Notes: a model not told the origin generated them from the sequence alone. Positions 27,032-37,640 are shown, counted from the stretch's first letter. The stretch is DNA of 64,000 nucleotides from an uncultured Bacteroidota bacterium (GCA_963772715.1 CAVYYM010000020.1:19918-83917), one strand, 5' to 3'. Made by a program: numbers and translations.

Positions 27032-29863
27032 ATGAACAAATTCCGTATTTCAAGCATCCTGGTTGCCATTGCGATCATCATGCTTTCAGTCGCATCATGC
27101 AAGAAAGCTCCTGCAGAAGGACAAACGTACTGTAAATCACCTACGAAAAGTATACAATGCCCAACGGATTGCAGGTGATCCTCCATGACAGATCATTCGA
27201 ACCCAATGATGGCATATGCAATAATGTATCATGTTGGATCAAGCAGGGAAATTCCCGGCAAGACAGGTTTTGCACACCTCTTCGAACATCTTCTTTTCGG
27301 AGGCTCGGAGAATGTTGAGCCCGGCAGGTTTGACAAGATAATTGAAGGTGTCGGAGGATCGAATAACGGATGTACCAGCCGCGATATAACAACGTATTAT
27401 GAGATGTTCCCGAAAAATGCCTTTGAAAAGATTCTCTGGCTGGAATCCGACAGGATGGGTTTCTTCATCAATTCAATAACTCCCCGCTTGATGGCCATAC
27501 AGCAGAATGTCGTCCAGAATGAAAAAAGACAAAGTGTGGATAATTCACCTTATGGTTTCACGCAGGAAGTTATTTACAAAAACCTCTACCCTGCAGGACA
27601 TCCCTACAGCTGGGACGTGATCGGTGAAATGGAAGATCTCAAGAATGCAAACCTGGATGATGTGAGGAACTTCTATTCAAATTTCTACGGACCAAATAAT
27701 GCCACACTGGTTATTGCAGGCGATTTTGCACCCGATTCGGTTAAAATGCTTATCGACAAGTATTTCGGGGAAATAAAGTCACACGGTGAAGTTGCTCCGC
27801 GAAGTGCCATGCCGGCTGTCATTGACAGAAACCAAAAAGCTGTATCATGAAGACAATTTCGCCAATGTTCCTGAGATAAACATGGTTTGGCCTGTTCCGG
27901 AATCGTATCAGCAAGGACATGTATCCACTTGATTTCCTGGCAAAAATACTTGCCGATGGCAAAGAAAGCTCCACTGTATAAAGTTCTGGTGAAGGAAAAA
28001 GAGCTTACAGCTTCAGCCGATGCCTATAACAGCTCCAGCGAACTTACCGGAGAGTTTACAATCTCAATCAGGGCCAATGAGGGTAAAACACTCAAGGAAA
28101 TTGAAGAAGCGGTTTTTGAAGCTTTTGCGCGCTTCGAGAAAGATGGAATAACCGATAAGGATGTTGAAAGGATCAAGGCTTCAAGCGAAATGAATTTCTA
28201 CCAGGGACTTAACAGCGTGCTCTACAAAGCTTTCAACCTGGCATTTTACAATACATTCCTGAATGATCCGGGATTTATCGAAAAGGATATTGAAAATATC
28301 AAAGCAGTTACCAAGGATGATATTATAAGGGTTTACAACCAGTACATCAAGGAAAAACCGCATCTGGTAACAAGCTTTGTACCGAAAGGAAGCATGGAGA
28401 TGGTAGCTGAAAATTCCGTTCCTGCGGGAATAAAGGAAGAGAATATAAATGAAGCAAGCCAGGTGGCGATAGCCGAAGAGGGAAAAGATGAGATAGTCAA
28501 GACACCATCTTCGCTCGACCGTACAGTTGAACCTCCTGCAGGTCCGGAACCGGTCGTAAAAATACCCACAGTATGGAATGCAGAGCTTTCAAACGGACTT
28601 AAAGTTTACGGCATTGAGAACAAAGAGCTTCCTCTCGTCAACATAAGCCTGGTGTTCACAGGAGGTGTTTACCAGGACAAAATTGACTTACCCGGAGTGG
28701 CAAGCCTCGTAGCGAACGTTCTTCCCCAGGGAACCAAAAACAAGACCCCTGAAGAGCTTGAAGAGGAGATCGAGCTTCTTGGCTCAAACATCTATATGGG
28801 TGCCGGAAGGGAAGAGATGTACCTCGATGCTGCTTCACTGTCAAGAAATTTCGGCAAGACTGTATCTCTCATGAAGGAGATTCTCCTTGAACCAAGATGG
28901 GATTCTGCAGAATTCTCCATTGCACGAACCAGGGCAAAGAACTATATTCTTCAGTCGGAAGCCCAGCCCAGGAGTGTTGCCAGTCAGACATTCAACAGAC
29001 TGATCTATGGCGAAAATAATATTTTCGGATATGACACCAGAGGAACAAAAGAATCCGTTGACAGGATCACCATTGAAGATCTTAAATCATATTATGACAA
29101 TAATTTCTCCCCTTCAGTGCCAAAGTCCTCGTAGCCGGAAACGTCTCGAAGGAAAAGGTTCTTGAAGCCCTGAAGCCGCTGGAAACCGAATGGAAAGCAA
29201 AAGAGGTGAAATTCAACAATTATCCGTCACCGGTAATTCCGGAAAAATCCACACTCTATTTTGTCGATATTCCCGGTTCACGCCAGTCGGTCATTTATAT
29301 AGGTTACCCTTCAATTACCAGGGATAATCCCGACTATCCAAAGGTTGATTTCATAAACTACAGACTTGGGGGAGCTTTCACCAGCATCTTCAATCAGATC
29401 CTCCGCGAGCAAAAAGGATTCACATACGGGGCATCAAGCTATTTCCAGCAGATGAAGACTCTTGCGCCTTTTATTGCTGCAACCAGTGTAAGGTCTGATG
29501 CCACGTTGGAATCAGTAATGATATTCAGGGAGGAGATGGAGAAATACCGTAAAGGTGTTTCAGAAGAGGATATTCAGTTTATCAAGAACTGCATGATCAG
29601 GTCAAACGCGCTTAATTATGAAACAAACAACGACCTTGTGGGCATGCTCTCAACAATGACCAAATACGGATTTCCGAATGATTATATGCAGGAAGGAAGA
29701 GGAGATTATCAGGAGTATGACTGTTGAAGCACATAAAGCCATCACCAACAAGTATATAGTACCTGATAAGATGTACTATGTGGTTGTCGGAGACGCTGCC
29801 ACACAGCTTAAACCGCTTGAAAAAATCGGGCTCGGGAAGCCGGTGCTGCTGGAGAAGAAATAA
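27032..29863 (+). pseudogene. M16 (insulinase/pitrilysin-family) lipoprotein peptidase, ~940 aa, disrupted by at least six frameshifts
   Basis: The ATG at 27032 gives MNKFRISSILVAIAIIMLSVASC (lipobox). The zinc motif HxxEH (FAHLFEHLLFGGS) is in ORF 27185..27850. The remainder runs through ORFs 27887..29134, 29206..29727 and 29678..29863, with readable continuity across the frame jumps. Confidence 0.75.
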
Positions 29864-29872
29864 ATTATTTTT

Positions 29873-31093
29873 TTATTTGCCGGCAGCAGCTATGTCGTAT
29901 ACCATAAGGTATGCGCCGTGCCTTACATAGAGCCTCTTGTTGTTTATCACCAGATGCGCCCAGTGTGTTCCTGCGCCAAGAGGCACGGGAAAGCTGCTTA
30001 TTATGTTGAAGCTGTCAGATTTAGGTTCCACCAGATTGACGGTTCCCTTTTCGCTGTAAATGTACAACAGTCCGTCGTCTGCAATGATGTTGCAGGGAGC
30101 AAGCTGTGGTGATGAATAGATCTCCTGTCCTGTTTTCCAGTCTATGCAGAACAGTTTCCTGTTCCTGTCGCCGCCTCCATAGATCCTGCCATTCAGAACA
30201 ACCACTCCCCCGATTTTGGGATCGAGGAATGCATTTTTCCATACCTCGGTAACACTGCTTCCGTTGGGTGACAGCTTCAGCATAACGCCTCCGAGCCCGT
30301 AACCGGATGTGCAGTAAAGATATCCGTCGATATAGACGGGGACATTTGGACTCACATTCGGATCGATGGAGTGCCTGAAGCTCCAGAGCATAGTTCCTGT
30401 TGAAGCATCAAAGCCATGGATTGAGGTCTCCATCATAGTCACAAGCAGTTTCCTGCCGGGCAGACTAATGAGAAGGGGTGAACAGTAAGCCGATTTTTCA
30501 CCGTTCCCCTTGCTCTTCCAGATCAGCTTTCCGGTATTCCTGTTGACTGCAATAACACTTGCACCATGGCCGCCTGGAGAACAATAGAGCACATCACCGT
30601 CATAGAGCAGGTTCTCGGTCACTCCCCATGAAATATTTCTCCCGCCATAATCCTTGAATGTGTCCACTGTCCAGATAATATCTCCATTGCTGGTTTTCAT
30701 ACAGAACAGATTTCCAAATGAGCTCATGAAATAGAGCTTGTCCTTAATTACAAGCGGTGTTGAACGGACTCCAAAATGACTTTCGGTCCATTCGGGGCCA
30801 TACTCTTTCTTCCACTTTAGTTTGCCATTCAGGTCGAGTGCGAAAATGTTGCCTTTGCCTTCGATCATGCCAGTGATATAAATGCCTGTGCTGGTAACCG
30901 CCGCGGAGGTGTGGCCCTCTCCGAGCCCTTCAAAGCTCCAGAGCATTTTTGGTCCGCCGTCGGGCCATGCCTTCATCAGACCTGTTTCATTATATATGCC
31001 GTTCCGGTACGGTCCCCGCCACTGAGCGACGTCCTGGGCACTAACGTTGATATATAAAAGTGTATGAAGAATTATGAGAATTGATCTTGTCAT
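29873..31093 (-). CDS. PQQ-like beta-propeller repeat protein (BamB/YfgL-like fold), secreted
   Basis: Start MTRSILIILHTLLYINVSAQ (signal peptide). Repeated W/G-rich propeller blades (LWSFEG..., IIWTVDT..., LIWKSKG..., MLWSFRH...). Confidence 0.7.
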   Translation of the reverse strand: MTRSILIILHTLLYINVSAQDVAQWRGPYRNGIYNETGLMKAWPDGGPKMLWSFEGLGEGHTSAAVTSTGIYITGMIEGKGNIFALDLNGKLKWKKEYGPEWTESHFGVRSTPLVIKDKLYFMSSFGNLFCMKTSNGDIIWTVDTFKDYGGRNISWGVTENLLYDGDVLYCSPGGHGASVIAVNRNTGKLIWKSKGNGEKSAYCSPLLISLPGRKLLVTMMETSIHGFDASTGTMLWSFRHSIDPNVSPNVPVYIDGYLYCTSGYGLGGVMLKLSPNGSSVTEVWKNAFLDPKIGGVVVLNGRIYGGGDRNRKLFCIDWKTGQEIYSSPQLAPCNIIADDGLLYIYSEKGTVNLVEPKSDSFNIISSFPVPLGAGTHWAHLVINNKRLYVRHGAYLMVYDIAAAGK

Positions 31094-31264
31094 ATCTTGA
31101 TTTTTAAAAATAAAATTTGCCAAATATAGTTTAAAAGATGAATCATAATAATCCGAATGATTTTTACAAGGTCAAGAATAATGCCAAAAATGGTTAAAAG
31201 TGTAAACGTCTTCAATCCACTCACTTTGGACTGATGTAAACACTACCCTGCTTCTTTCTGGTCA

Positions 31265-31843
31265 CATGTACTCACCCCCCCAGCCCCCCTCTCTGCTAAA
31301 GCAACGAGGGGGGGGTAATTGTGTAATGTATTAAATATCTGTGATTTATTATAAGGAATCTAGGAAGATTAATAATCTTGAGAGGGCTTTTTCCATGTTC
31401 TTAAGATCTTCGTTATTGATCCTAAAGATGTGTAATCCAAGGTCTTTCATTTCCTCGTCTCTGAAGGCATCGTACTCCTGGTTTGCTTCGTGAACAGGTC
31501 CATCAAGCTCTATGACTGTTTTCTTTTCAAAGCAAAAGAAATCAGCAATGAAATAATTATACCTTCTCAGGTTTCCCTTGTAGAGAATAGGATGCTGTCT
31601 CAGAAATTTATATCCATTCAGTTTTCTCCCTTTCAGCTCAATCCATAGCAATCTCTCTGAATCAGTAGGATTCTTTCTAAACTCCCTGACATGGTTTGTA
31701 ATTTTAGCAAAGTCGAATTTCCTGGCGCGAGACATACATTCGAGTAGCAAAAATCACATAAAGTTATAAATTTCAGACATTTATTCCAAACACCGCCCCC
31801 CTCTTTTGCTTGCAAGAGAGGGGGGCCGGGGGGGTGAGTACGT
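31265..31843. mobile_element. Candidate selfish unit: DUF559 endonuclease gene bracketed by ~50-bp inverted GC-rich hairpin repeats
   Basis: The left end is catgtactcacccccccagcccccctctctgctaaagcaacgagggggggg (31265-31316). The reverse complement of the right end (31793-31843) is cacgtactcacccccccggcccccctctcttgcaagcaaaagagggggg. The same element occurs as a cargo-less inverted pair at 52709-52830. Mobility is an inference. Confidence 0.35.
31349..31750 (-). CDS. DUF559 (Vsr/PD-(D/E)xK-like endonuclease) domain protein
   Basis: 133 aa, ...REFRKNPTDSERLLWIELKGRKLNGYKFLRQHPI...FIADFFCFEKKTVIELDGPVH.... This is the DUF559 pattern. The likely start is the internal MSRARKF (31735). Confidence 0.8.
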   Translation of the reverse strand: MLLECMSRARKFDFAKITNHVREFRKNPTDSERLLWIELKGRKLNGYKFLRQHPILYKGNLRRYNYFIADFFCFEKKTVIELDGPVHEANQEYDAFRDEEMKDLGLHIFRINNEDLKNMEKALSRLLIFLDSL

Positions 31844-31844
31844 G

Positions 31845-33512
31845 TTATTTTCCCGTCATATTCATCGCCGCCACATAGTAGTTCGGATCGACGACAATTA
31901 CAGCATTATCCCTGCCAAGGTCGATTGCGGTGAACCTCGCAGTGGGTGTAACAATTTTTGATTCACCCGAGACAAATATTCTGAGAGGCATATTGAATCC
32001 TGAAACACAGTTATTCCAGCGGAAATTCAGTTTGTCGTCTTTTACGAAATACTCGAAAACCGGTATTCTGATATCCCTAAGATACTGATCAAAGAATGGC
32101 TTCAGGTTCATTCCCATTTTTTCACTTATGTAATTCTCTATTTGCGAGCCTTTAACAACCTGATGATAAAAATCCTTGCTAAGACCACGCAGTATCCCTC
32201 TCCATTTCTCATCGTCGTTGACTATCTGACGCAGGGTGTGAAGCATAGCTCCTCCCTTCGGATACATGTCTCCAGACCCGCTGAAATTGACATTATACAA
32301 GCCTGTTATCGGCCTGTCGTTCCTGATGTTGCGGCGGGTGCCAAGTACATATTCTGTTCCGGCCTCCTTGCCATAATGGTATTCCACATAGAGGTTCTCG
32401 GAATAGTTGATGAAGCTTTCATGTATCCACATGTCTGCCACATCCTCATAAGTGATGCTGTTGGCGAACCACTCATGGCCTGATTCATGAATGATGATAA
32501 AGTCGAACTTGTTGCCCCAGCCTGATCCGCTCTGATCGTTTCCATTGTAGCCGTTCCTGTATCCGTTGCCGTAAGTGATACAGCTCTGATGCTCCATACC
32601 CAGGTAAGGTGCCTCGACAAGCTTGTAGCCATCCTCATAGAAAGGGTATGGTCCCATCCAGTGTTCAAATGCTGCAAGCATCATTGGCGCCTGTTTGAAC
32701 TGGACTTTCGCTTTTTCAAGGTTATCACGCAGGACGTAATAGTCGCAATCGAGATTGCCTTTCTCACCCTTGAAAATTTCTGAAAAATGGACATAATCGC
32801 CTATATTTATATTTACGCCATAATTACTAATCGGGTTTGCTACAAACCAGTTGTATGTTGTTGTCTTCTCTTTCCGGTTTTTAACAACACTTCTCAGCCT
32901 CCCATTGGACACATCCATCAGGTTTGACGGCACCGTAACCGTTATCAGCATACTGTCGGGTTCGTCATACATATGATCCTTGCATGGCCACCAGAGGCTT
33001 GCACCGTCGCCCTGACAAGAACTTGCGACGAAAGGCAATCCGTTTATATCCTTCTTCCAGGTTATGCCTCCGTCCCATGGCGGTCTTCTTGCGACATGCG
33101 GCTTCCCGCCGTAGCCAAGAATAATGGAATAGACCTTCCCGGCTTCCTGATTCTCCGGCATGGTAATCCAGTAAACATTGCCTTCCCTCCTGAAGCTTAA
33201 CTGCCTGCCATCCTGTTCTGCTTTAAGCAGATCGAGCGGAGGCTGCAAATCGATCTGCATGATATCTGAACTGTTCAATACCCTGTACATTACAGTATTA
33301 GTTCCATATATTGTTGAATCTGAAGGATTTACCTTTATGTTTAAATGATAGTAAGTCAGATCCCACCATGCTCTCTCAGGAGTGACAGAACCGCGAAGCG
33401 TATCCTGCCGGGTAAAGACCCTGGTCGCCGGTGGCGCAAACTGTGCATTCAGTATTTCACTGAAGATTATTAAGACTGAGGAGATAAATGCAAGGATAAA
33501 TCTGGTTTTCAT
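31845..33512 (-). CDS. M1-family metallopeptidase (aminopeptidase N-like), secreted
   Basis: Signal peptide MKTRFILAFISSVLIIFSEILNAQ. HEXXH motif IIHESGHEWFAN, with a downstream WIHESF glutamate. Confidence 0.8.
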   Translation of the reverse strand: MKTRFILAFISSVLIIFSEILNAQFAPPATRVFTRQDTLRGSVTPERAWWDLTYYHLNIKVNPSDSTIYGTNTVMYRVLNSSDIMQIDLQPPLDLLKAEQDGRQLSFRREGNVYWITMPENQEAGKVYSIILGYGGKPHVARRPPWDGGITWKKDINGLPFVASSCQGDGASLWWPCKDHMYDEPDSMLITVTVPSNLMDVSNGRLRSVVKNRKEKTTTYNWFVANPISNYGVNINIGDYVHFSEIFKGEKGNLDCDYYVLRDNLEKAKVQFKQAPMMLAAFEHWMGPYPFYEDGYKLVEAPYLGMEHQSCITYGNGYRNGYNGNDQSGSGWGNKFDFIIIHESGHEWFANSITYEDVADMWIHESFINYSENLYVEYHYGKEAGTEYVLGTRRNIRNDRPITGLYNVNFSGSGDMYPKGGAMLHTLRQIVNDDEKWRGILRGLSKDFYHQVVKGSQIENYISEKMGMNLKPFFDQYLRDIRIPVFEYFVKDDKLNFRWNNCVSGFNMPLRIFVSGESKIVTPTARFTAIDLGRDNAVIVVDPNYYVAAMNMTGK

Positions 33513-33591
33513 TATATCAGGTTATAATAAAATAATGGGGGGGTATGTGATTTTAGTTTATTTGTTACTTTTAGACAAAAATAGAAGAAAA

Positions 33592-36138
33592 ATGAAGAGA
33601 CTTACAGCTGTATCACTGATTATTCTTGCTTTTATGGCAGGCTTTCCGGGAATACTTAATTCACAGGTATCACTCCGTTCCCGTGAATCGTTCAATGAAA
33701 ACTGGAAATTCATAAAGTATTTCAACGCTTCCAATGAAGCCGCAACTTTCGATAAAGAGCCTGCAGGATTGGAATCGCCTTCGTTCAACGACAATGCATG
33801 GCGCGCTCTCGACCTTCCCCACGACTGGGCGATAGAAGGTCCATTCAGCGATACGCTTGAAAACAACACCGGCCTTCTTCCATGGAAAGGTATCGGATGG
33901 TACAGAAAGCATTTTACTGTAAGCGATTCGGATAAGGAAAAGCGAATATACATTGATTTTGACGGAGCCATGGCTTATTCCGAGGTGTGGCTGAACGGCA
34001 AGCATGTAGGAGGATGGCCCTACGGATATACATCATTCAGGCTCGATCTTACACCTTATATTAAATTCGGAAAGGAGAATATTATTGCAGTCAGGCTCGA
34101 CACCAAGAAATGGGATTCAAGATGGTACCCGGGGGCAGGCATCTACCGTAACGTATGGCTGGTGAAGACATCACCGGTCCATATATCATATAATGGAGTT
34201 TTCTGCACAACACCGGAAATAAAGAAGGATAAAGCTGTCCTCAGCGTGAATGCCGAGGTTGAGAGTCATCTGAATGAAGTTGTTCAGATGAGCGTGAAGG
34301 CTGCTGTTTACAAGCTTGACAAAAATCTGGCAAAAGGGGCATCTCCTGTTGCAGAATCATTTGAAACGACAGCAGAAGTTCCTGCTCTGAAAACACATAA
34401 GTTCAGGCTCGACATTAATGTCCCTGAACCGGTTCTCTGGGATCTCGAGAATCCCGAACTGTATTGTGTAGTAGTAACTGTGTCGAAAGCAGGGAATACA
34501 ACGGATGTATATGAAACCACTATGGGTTTCAGAACACTTGAATTCACTGCACGCAACGGATTTTTCCTGAACGGCAAGAGAGTTGAAGTCAAGGGTGTTT
34601 GCAACCATCACGATCTTGGTGCACTGGGTGCTGCCATCAACATACGTGCACTGGAACGCCAGCTGGAAATACTCAAGGAGATGGGATGCAATGCCATCAG
34701 GACCAGCCACAACCCACCGGCTCCCGAATTGCTGGACTTGTGCGACAGGATGGGGTTTCTTGTTGAGGATGAAGCATTTGATGTATGGAAAACACCAAAA
34801 AAGCGTGGCGATTATAATAAGCTTTTCTATTCATGGCATGTTGAGGATCTGAAAGCTATGGTGCGCCGCGACAGGAACCATCCTTCTGTCTTCATCTGGA
34901 GCACAGGCAACGAAGTCAACGATCAGAATAATCCAGCCCTTTCCGAAAGCCTCAAAGCAATAATTAAATCCGAAGACATCACACGGCCGGTGACATCCGG
35001 ATGCAACTGGGATGAGTCAGGCACTAACGGATTCCAGAAAACTCTCGACGTATTCGGCATCAATTACCGTCTGTACAGATATGATGCCTTTTTTGCTCTC
35101 AAGGATAACGATAACCTGCCTTTTCATTCAAGCGAATCGGCATCAACGATAAGCTCCAGGGGTGAATATTTCTTCCCCGTCGTTCAGGGTGACCTTAATA
35201 ACAATCTGCCCGGAAAGGGTATATTCCAGATATCTTCCTATGACCTGGCATATCCGGGATGGGCAACAACGCCGGACCAGCAATGGGAGATGCAGGATAA
35301 ATATCCGGGAGTGTTCGGTGAATTCGTATGGACAGGCTTCGACTACATTGGTGAACCGACTCCCTATGGCGGCGATCTTACCGGGCTGAGACCGGGAACC
35401 AGAGCCTATGACAGGGCTAAGGAATTACTTGACAAACAAAATGTTGCAGAGGTTCCATCAAGAAGCAGCTACTTCGGGATCCTCGACCTTGCCGGATTCA
35501 AGAAAGACAGGTTCTGGCTCTACCAGTCGAAATGGAAGCCAGATATGCCGATGGCTCATATCCTTCCTCACTGGAACTGGCCTGAAAGAAAAGGTCTCGT
35601 AACACCGGTCCATGTTTATACGTCAGGTGACGAAGCCGAGCTTTTCCTCAACGGCAAATCTCTCGGCAAGAAGAAAAAAGGCCAGTACGAATACCGTCTC
35701 AGATGGGATGATGTCGTGTATCAGCCCGGAGAGCTGAAAGTAGTTGCATATAAGAACGGCCAGAAATGGGCTGAGGATGTCATGAAAACAACAGGCAAGG
35801 CATACCAGCTGGCAATGTTGCCCGACCAGTCTGAAATAACAGCCGACGGAAAAGATCTTGTTTTTATAACGATAAAAATTGAGGATAAAAATAATCTGCT
35901 GGTCCCACGGACCAATAACCAGATCAATTTCAGCATTGCAGGTCCCGGCAGGATTGTGGCAACCGATAACGGAGATGCAGCGAGCCATGAATCATTTCAG
36001 GCAAAATCGAAAAAAGCATTTAACGGAATGTGCCTTGTGATAGTAGCTGCGGAAAAGGGAGCCACAGGATCCTTTAAAGTTACAGCAGAATCAAAAGGAT
36101 TGCAGAGAAATACGGTTACTATAAATATTCAGAAATAA
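33592..36138 (+). CDS. Glycoside hydrolase family 2 (beta-galactosidase/beta-glucuronidase-like), secreted, intact
   Basis: Preferred start MKRLTAVSLIILAFMAGFPGILNS (signal peptide). The ORF-track start at 33382 overlaps the M1 gene. Motifs are WRALDLPHDWAIEGPF, CNAIRTSHNPPAPELLDLCD and RNHPSVFIWSTGNE. Confidence 0.85.
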   Translation: MKRLTAVSLIILAFMAGFPGILNSQVSLRSRESFNENWKFIKYFNASNEAATFDKEPAGLESPSFNDNAWRALDLPHDWAIEGPFSDTLENNTGLLPWKGIGWYRKHFTVSDSDKEKRIYIDFDGAMAYSEVWLNGKHVGGWPYGYTSFRLDLTPYIKFGKENIIAVRLDTKKWDSRWYPGAGIYRNVWLVKTSPVHISYNGVFCTTPEIKKDKAVLSVNAEVESHLNEVVQMSVKAAVYKLDKNLAKGASPVAESFETTAEVPALKTHKFRLDINVPEPVLWDLENPELYCVVVTVSKAGNTTDVYETTMGFRTLEFTARNGFFLNGKRVEVKGVCNHHDLGALGAAINIRALERQLEILKEMGCNAIRTSHNPPAPELLDLCDRMGFLVEDEAFDVWKTPKKRGDYNKLFYSWHVEDLKAMVRRDRNHPSVFIWSTGNEVNDQNNPALSESLKAIIKSEDITRPVTSGCNWDESGTNGFQKTLDVFGINYRLYRYDAFFALKDNDNLPFHSSESASTISSRGEYFFPVVQGDLNNNLPGKGIFQISSYDLAYPGWATTPDQQWEMQDKYPGVFGEFVWTGFDYIGEPTPYGGDLTGLRPGTRAYDRAKELLDKQNVAEVPSRSSYFGILDLAGFKKDRFWLYQSKWKPDMPMAHILPHWNWPERKGLVTPVHVYTSGDEAELFLNGKSLGKKKKGQYEYRLRWDDVVYQPGELKVVAYKNGQKWAEDVMKTTGKAYQLAMLPDQSEITADGKDLVFITIKIEDKNNLLVPRTNNQINFSIAGPGRIVATDNGDAASHESFQAKSKKAFNGMCLVIVAAEKGATGSFKVTAESKGLQRNTVTINIQK

Positions 36139-36310
36139 ATAACCACTGCATCCATGCATAGATCTGCCATACATGAATAATGGTCTGAGGCATGGCTTTG
36201 CGCCGTGTTAATTATTCTTAAAATAGCTGTCCCAACCTGTCGTGGATTGCTTTTTTTCATAATTTCACGCCGGAAAATAATCATTCGAATAATTATTTGT
36301 TATAAGGAAG

Positions 36311-37552
36311 ATGAAGAAGACAATAATCATAACGGGAATAGTTATTGTTATTGCATTGGCTGCCCTTTACGCCTTCAACTGGATGACATCGAAGGATGAT
36401 ACAGAAGGAATGTTTGCTGAAGTCAGCAGGGGAAAATTTGAAGTTGTGGTATCTGCCACCGGTGAACTGATAGCTGAAAATTCGATAGAAATCAAAGGAC
36501 CGGCCTTCGGGCAGGGTAATGATGTAAGGTCAACCAGTGTCAGGATCACTGACCTGATTCCTGAAGGAACCGAAGTTAAAAAGGGTGATTATGTGGGAAG
36601 TCTCGACAAGACGGAGCTTGACAATGAGGTCAAGAATATCCGGGAGAGGATCACAACGATGGAACAGGAGATGGAAATGCAGATCCTTGATACCGCGGTC
36701 CAGTTGAACAGCTACAGAGATCAGATATCCAATCAGATACATACTGTTGAGGAAGCTGAACTCAGGGTCCGGAATTCAAAATATGAATCCCCGATGACCC
36801 AGAGAGATGCTGAGATTGACCTGGAACAGTCGAAAATGGTGCTTAATCAGCTTTACAGATCTTATGAGCTGAGAAAAGCCCAGACACGGGTAAATATCCA
36901 GAACAGGAAAATGTGGCTGGGCCGAATGAATCGAAGGTTGGCTGACTATGAGAACACCCTTGCTGATTTCACTATCACCTCACCTTCCGATGGTATGATA
37001 ATCTATTACCGCAACAGATTCGGCACAAAGAGAAAAGTAGGCCAGATGATAAATGTTATTGACCGTACTGTTGCCACTATACCCGACCTGAGATCGATGC
37101 TTTCCAAGGTATATATCAGCGAAGTTGAAATCCACAAATTAAAGACCGGTTTGCCTGTGACGATAACTATTGACGCCTTCCCGGATAAATCCTATACCGG
37201 GAAAGTTATCTCGGTTGCAAATATCGGGGAGAAACTGCCAAATACCGACAGTAAAGTATTTGAGGTCATAATCAGGATTGACGGAACGGACATGAACATG
37301 AGACCATCCATGACTACAAACAACAAGATACTTATCAACGAACATGCGGATGTAAACTACATTCCGCTTGAATGCGTTCATACCGGACCAGACAGCATCC
37401 CGGTTGTATACACTAAAAACGGTGTAAGGCAGCCAGTTACGCTGGGAGAAGCTAATGACAAATATGTCATCATTGATGATGGACTTAAACCGGGCACATC
37501 CATTTACGTGGAAGTGCCTGCGGACGCTCATAAATTCAAATCTTCAAAATAA
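36311..37552 (+). CDS. HlyD/MFP-family periplasmic adaptor (MacA-like), no cognate pump gene adjacent
   Basis: N-terminal TM (IIITGIVIVIALAALYAF), a coiled-coil central part, and a beta-barrel C-part (VYISEVEIHKLKTGLPVTITIDAFPDKSYTGKVISVANIGE). Confidence 0.75.
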   Translation: MKKTIIITGIVIVIALAALYAFNWMTSKDDTEGMFAEVSRGKFEVVVSATGELIAENSIEIKGPAFGQGNDVRSTSVRITDLIPEGTEVKKGDYVGSLDKTELDNEVKNIRERITTMEQEMEMQILDTAVQLNSYRDQISNQIHTVEEAELRVRNSKYESPMTQRDAEIDLEQSKMVLNQLYRSYELRKAQTRVNIQNRKMWLGRMNRRLADYENTLADFTITSPSDGMIIYYRNRFGTKRKVGQMINVIDRTVATIPDLRSMLSKVYISEVEIHKLKTGLPVTITIDAFPDKSYTGKVISVANIGEKLPNTDSKVFEVIIRIDGTDMNMRPSMTTNNKILINEHADVNYIPLECVHTGPDSIPVVYTKNGVRQPVTLGEANDKYVIIDDGLKPGTSIYVEVPADAHKFKSSK

Positions 37553-37564
37553 AAAGAAGAGGCT

Positions 37565-37603
37565 GCCCTTTTGAGACAGCCTCTTCTCTTTTAATCCACC
37601 CAA
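37565..37603. terminator. Rho-independent terminator hairpin between convergent genes
   Basis: Perfect 11-bp stem agaagaggctg (37565-37575) / cagcctcttct (37587-37597) with an 11-nt loop, followed by cttttaat. It starts 13 nt after the HlyD stop. Confidence 0.75.
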
Positions 37604-37640
37604 CCCTACCGACAGAAATCGTGAGCGGGTGTTTAGCTCC

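Noticed and set aside
21016-36138. Possible polysaccharide utilisation locus (nagB, MFS, two GH2 enzymes, peptidases).
   Set aside because: There is no SusC/SusD pair, hybrid two-component regulator or ECF/anti-sigma pair in the window. The genes are on mixed strands and interleaved with unrelated functions, so I describe them individually.
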